IMG/VR virus record: IMGVR_UViG_3300036798_000299
Location: 1-46,993 of that record
Strand: one strand, 5' to 3'
Source of the DNA: a virus
Taxonomy: Duplodnaviria > Caudoviricetes
Length of the DNA: 46,993 bases
Below the pieces are notes generated by a model that ran no database searches, had not been told where the DNA came from, and was given only the letters and a program-made list of their open reading frames with translations. The position numbers and the translations under genes were made by a program. Positions 43,620-46,993 of this stretch are shown here, one piece after another; the first letter of the stretch is position 1; each line of letters starts with the position of its first letter.

Positions 43620-43811
43620 TTAGCGTCCTTTCGTCGTTGAGCTCTTCGGGCTTTCGCGTTGCGAGACGACACCCGGAATTGGTCTGTCCTGCTCGCGCTT
43701 CAAAGTGCTGACGGTACCTGGGATGTTCTTAAACTCGTCAACATCCTTCGGTTGGTTAACGCAGTCACCTACAGCCTGCGCGCGGTCACCTAACGGCGGT
43801 TTCATGCCCAT
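43620..43811 (-). CDS. 63-aa hydrophilic peptide
   Basis: AGGAG RBS before the ATG at 43811; MGMKPPLGDRAQAVGDCVNQPKDVDEFKNIPG... Confidence 0.6.
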   Translation of the reverse strand: MGMKPPLGDRAQAVGDCVNQPKDVDEFKNIPGTVSTLKREQDRPIPGVVSQRESPKSSTTKGR

Positions 43812-43881
43812 GGGTCTTCTCCTGGCGGCCACCAATATGCGTAATCGGTGTCCAAGGTTATCGAGTTATAGATAAGGTGCC

Positions 43882-46800
43882 TCATTGCTGGCGACCTTGC
43901 TGCTTAAAGCCTGTTTCGTACTTCATCCAATCCTCAGGTGAAAGATCCTGCAGATGTTCATTTTTCGGTTTCATCCCAAGTACGCGGATTGCCTCAGGCG
44001 TCAACTGACCATTCACAATCGGCGATCCGCCCTTCTCAATCGCCTTTAGAATCGCTTCCATCTCGATCGAACCGGGAATGAAATTCAACGGATACTCGAG
44101 GATGTCCTTCCGCGCCTGTCGCCCTTCGTCACTCTCCTCAGGAGCTTTCATGATGTCCTGTGCGAGCTTCAAATGAGGCGAACCGCCATATCCCGCCGGC
44201 GAGAAGAAGAACCATTTGCCTACGTCCGCGTCACCGAATCCTCCAACGTTGCCGAGCGTCTTCGACGCCGCGTAATTCGAAGCAGTCCACAAAGCCATAG
44301 CTCGACGCGTCTTCGCCGGATATTCCGCGTACTTCGATATACCTTTCCGCAGGAACTCCATGTAATTAAGCGGCCACATCCCATACTGACCGAAAATGCG
44401 ACCGAGACCTGTCCTTAACGCTAATGGTTGAGATCCACGACGATACGGCCAGAGGGTGGCATCGACGGTCTCGAGCGCGATATTCTTCGCGATATCCTCG
44501 TCGGATACCGTTTTTCCAGGTCCAAGTTTACGAACCATTTCGAATTCGCGACGCGTAGTCTCGATCTTACTTTCGAGCTTCTTAACGAGATCCTGATTTG
44601 GTCTCGCAGATCGAGTTTCGTTATACAACTGGTCGTTCAATTTGTACAGGGTCTTCTCAACTTCCTCGATGTTACCCTTCGTTAAGACGTCACGCATAAT
44701 CCGTGTTTGAAGAGGTTTCGGAAAGAACCACATCGACGTATCTTCAAAGAGCGTACGCACGTCTATCTGTCCTGCTCGATAGGCTTTAACAGCCTTAAGC
44801 GCCGAACCATACTCCCCATGATAGGCGACGTTACGTCCGAAGTTATGACCCCAACGAGAAGGCGCGAGCAGACGATTCGAAAGCTCCATCGCCTTGTCGA
44901 GGGTTCCTCCACTATGTGGCGGCAACTCGTGGTAGATGTCACCGTATAGTTCCATAACATTATGGCTATCGAGTAACGCACCAGCGGCTCTTGCTTCGGC
45001 GAATCCTTCGGAGGTTAGCCCCTTGCGGAGACCTTCGAGCATCTTCGCGGGTCCTAAAATCGGTAGCGTATTTGTGATGACCTGAATCATATCACGAAGA
45101 GGAATGATAGGTCTCGCGCCGATTCCTGCGGTGTACGACAGCGCGACCATACGATTGAAGAGCGTTCCCGGATAGTTAAACTCCTCCTTAAGTTGGAATC
45201 CTTTCGGGAGATACTTGTTCATCTCCTTAAAGCCGTTCGCGAGATTCTTTTGAAAGTCGCTAATGCCCTTCGTGATTACCTGCTGCGAGACGTCAGGAAT
45301 ACCCTTGACGTAGTTGATATAGTTCTGAATCGGGAACCGAAGTGTGCCAAGAACCGATACTCCGTTACGATCCTCAAGCCGCAGTAACTTCGAAAGCTCC
45401 GCAAGTGGCTTTTCAACGAACTTCTTATTGTAGCCTTCACGAAGGAGATAGTTGATAAAACGCCCCGCATGGCCGTCACGAGGATTGAGTTCTCCGTTCA
45501 CGATCGCTTTGTGGAAGAACGACATTTGCGCTTCGTCCTTGATCCCCTTGCCAAATACCTCAGCAGGATCAAAGTTGAAACCTCGTAGCCGACCAAGATC
45601 ATTACGAAGATAGTCAAAAACCTGAATACCTGTTGAATCACGGAAGTCCGTTAACCACTTGTTAGCCAAACGTGTATCTTTTAGGAAGTCGGCATCGACG
45701 GCACCAAAACGCTGTTGTGATACCATTCTATCCCAGTACTTCGGATCAGCAGCGAGAAACTCGAACATCGTCTTTAGACGGTTCGCATCGCCACGCAAGA
45801 ACTTTGCACCGTCTTGATAGTTCTTCGTAAGCCAGTTCGCCCCTGTTCGTACACCATCATCGACGTCTTTGAACTTATCATAAAGCCCTAACTTTCGTCC
45901 GACTGCTTCGAACTTGGAATCAATCGACGCGAACCAATCTCCGGTTGGTCTTATAAGCGACGATGCAGCTGCGAGTCCTCTAAAGCGATCTTCATGAGGC
46001 GTAAGTTCCGCCATCGGAACGTCTTTCTTCGAAAACGGTAACGTATGTACCGCTGCCATTGGCGACTTTAAGCCCGATCGTTGAAAGAAGATCGAATCGT
46101 CGGGAACGTACTCCGCCGCTCCTTGCGCCTGCTCAATGTGATCCGCGACAGAAGACTTCGGACCGATGCTTACGGACTCTCGAGGATTCGTCATCACAAA
46201 CGCATCGCTTTCGGGATCGTAGTAGAGTTCGTGACCAGCTCTCGCTGCACCTTCCTGCCAGCGTTCGAGCCTCGCGCGACCGGTCCGGCGAAGCAAGTCG
46301 TACATACGCTCTTCGGTCGCACGCATCTCTTGTGTCGAAACCTTACGACCCATAGCTTCGAGGATACTAATCGTCGAAGCATCGACCATATCGATTACGT
46401 GCTTTACGCTTGTATCAACCGCGCCGAGACTATCGAGCATTACTTTATCACCGTGACGAAGCGCGGACGCAGCGTAGACGTAAGCTTCCTCGAGACGTAA
46501 GTTATGTGCCGTCGTAGCGTACGAACCTACTTCGTCTCTAAGCCACTTCGCGATCTGCAGTGCTGCAGGATGCGTACCGAAGATATCTGGTAGTTGCTCT
46601 CTAAACGGTGTAAGCTGTACGTGTAACCCCTCATGATAAATGAGTCCACGGCTCGCGCCTTTCGAGTAAACTTCGACGGGTAGTTTCGCTTCGCCATAAC
46701 CTCCCATGCGCATATAACCCATCTGGCGCATGATATCTTGCCACGTATTGTCTCTCGAAACAAATGCTTGAGCTTTACCTATTAGTTGTTGCATCTGGTC

Positions 46801-46993
46801 CGGACCGACGCGCATCGTAACCCGATCACGACGAGTCGTTACGACGACAGGTTCCTGCGCTCCGAATCGATTTAGACCTTTTCCAACCGTGATCGTCCTA
46901 CGCTCGCCTGGAGGTATCTGCTTTTCGAACAAGTCGCGCATACCAGGCTGCTTCGTTACGCTAAAGCCGGGAATACCTTCACCTTTCTCGGCG
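43882..46993 (-). CDS. C-terminal >1030 aa of a giant ejection/polyvalent protein with a zincin (HEXXH) domain
   Basis: Frame stays open to the window end (AEKGEGIPGFSVTKQPGMRD...); IYHEGLH...LEEAYV; C-terminal helical region TLWPY......P......GRIFGQYGMWP typical of large ejection proteins. Confidence 0.8.
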   Translation of the reverse strand, partial: AEKGEGIPGFSVTKQPGMRDLFEKQIPPGERRTITVGKGLNRFGAQEPVVVTTRRDRVTMRVGPDQMQQLIGKAQAFVSRDNTWQDIMRQMGYMRMGGYGEAKLPVEVYSKGASRGLIYHEGLHVQLTPFREQLPDIFGTHPAALQIAKWLRDEVGSYATTAHNLRLEEAYVYAASALRHGDKVMLDSLGAVDTSVKHVIDMVDASTISILEAMGRKVSTQEMRATEERMYDLLRRTGRARLERWQEGAARAGHELYYDPESDAFVMTNPRESVSIGPKSSVADHIEQAQGAAEYVPDDSIFFQRSGLKSPMAAVHTLPFSKKDVPMAELTPHEDRFRGLAAASSLIRPTGDWFASIDSKFEAVGRKLGLYDKFKDVDDGVRTGANWLTKNYQDGAKFLRGDANRLKTMFEFLAADPKYWDRMVSQQRFGAVDADFLKDTRLANKWLTDFRDSTGIQVFDYLRNDLGRLRGFNFDPAEVFGKGIKDEAQMSFFHKAIVNGELNPRDGHAGRFINYLLREGYNKKFVEKPLAELSKLLRLEDRNGVSVLGTLRFPIQNYINYVKGIPDVSQQVITKGISDFQKNLANGFKEMNKYLPKGFQLKEEFNYPGTLFNRMVALSYTAGIGARPIIPLRDMIQVITNTLPILGPAKMLEGLRKGLTSEGFAEARAAGALLDSHNVMELYGDIYHELPPHSGGTLDKAMELSNRLLAPSRWGHNFGRNVAYHGEYGSALKAVKAYRAGQIDVRTLFEDTSMWFFPKPLQTRIMRDVLTKGNIEEVEKTLYKLNDQLYNETRSARPNQDLVKKLESKIETTRREFEMVRKLGPGKTVSDEDIAKNIALETVDATLWPYRRGSQPLALRTGLGRIFGQYGMWPLNYMEFLRKGISKYAEYPAKTRRAMALWTASNYAASKTLGNVGGFGDADVGKWFFFSPAGYGGSPHLKLAQDIMKAPEESDEGRQARKDILEYPLNFIPGSIEMEAILKAIEKGGSPIVNGQLTPEAIRVLGMKPKNEHLQDLSPEDWMKYETGFKQQGRQQ

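Overview
Near-complete (~47 kb) tailed dsDNA phage genome with P22-like podovirus gene order and a Mu-gpT-type major capsid protein. No integrase, tRNA or CRISPR array is visible. The host is tentatively Acidobacteriota (inference from protein families). Both window ends appear to fall inside one giant minus-strand ejection-protein gene, so the contig is probably a circularly permuted genome with a gap. The late operon (minus strand, 19668->1, continuing 46993->41947) runs terS, terL, portal, scaffold, capsid, fibres, tail adaptor/nozzle, GNAT, ejection proteins and a PurD-like ATP-grasp ligase. The early/middle region (plus strand, 19900-41978) has sigma70-type promoters, many small ORFs, a 420-bp colinear inverted repeat (candidate origin), a Cas4-like nuclease, a Sak4-like ATPase, an SSB, UDG-PolA, a DUF3987 helicase, GroES and a 7-deazaguanine pathway (folE, queD, queE, queC, dpdA-like, dGTP/dATP diphosphohydrolase). 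Most striking observations: (1) a hairpin RNA whose 16-nt loop is antisense to an extended RBS (AGGAGACC) that I found in front of eight early genes only, a candidate phage sRNA that shuts off early translation; (2) five consecutive fibre-type genes, all with Sec signal peptides and paired cysteines, in a genome with no recognisable endolysin; (3) a circularly permuted Sak4/AAA_24 ATPase; (4) a PolA with a rebuilt dNTP-binding helix next to the deazaguanine genes; (5) a Tat-exported bacteriocin-like precursor plus a small membrane protein in an AT-richer insert. All family assignments come from motif recognition by eye, not database searches.
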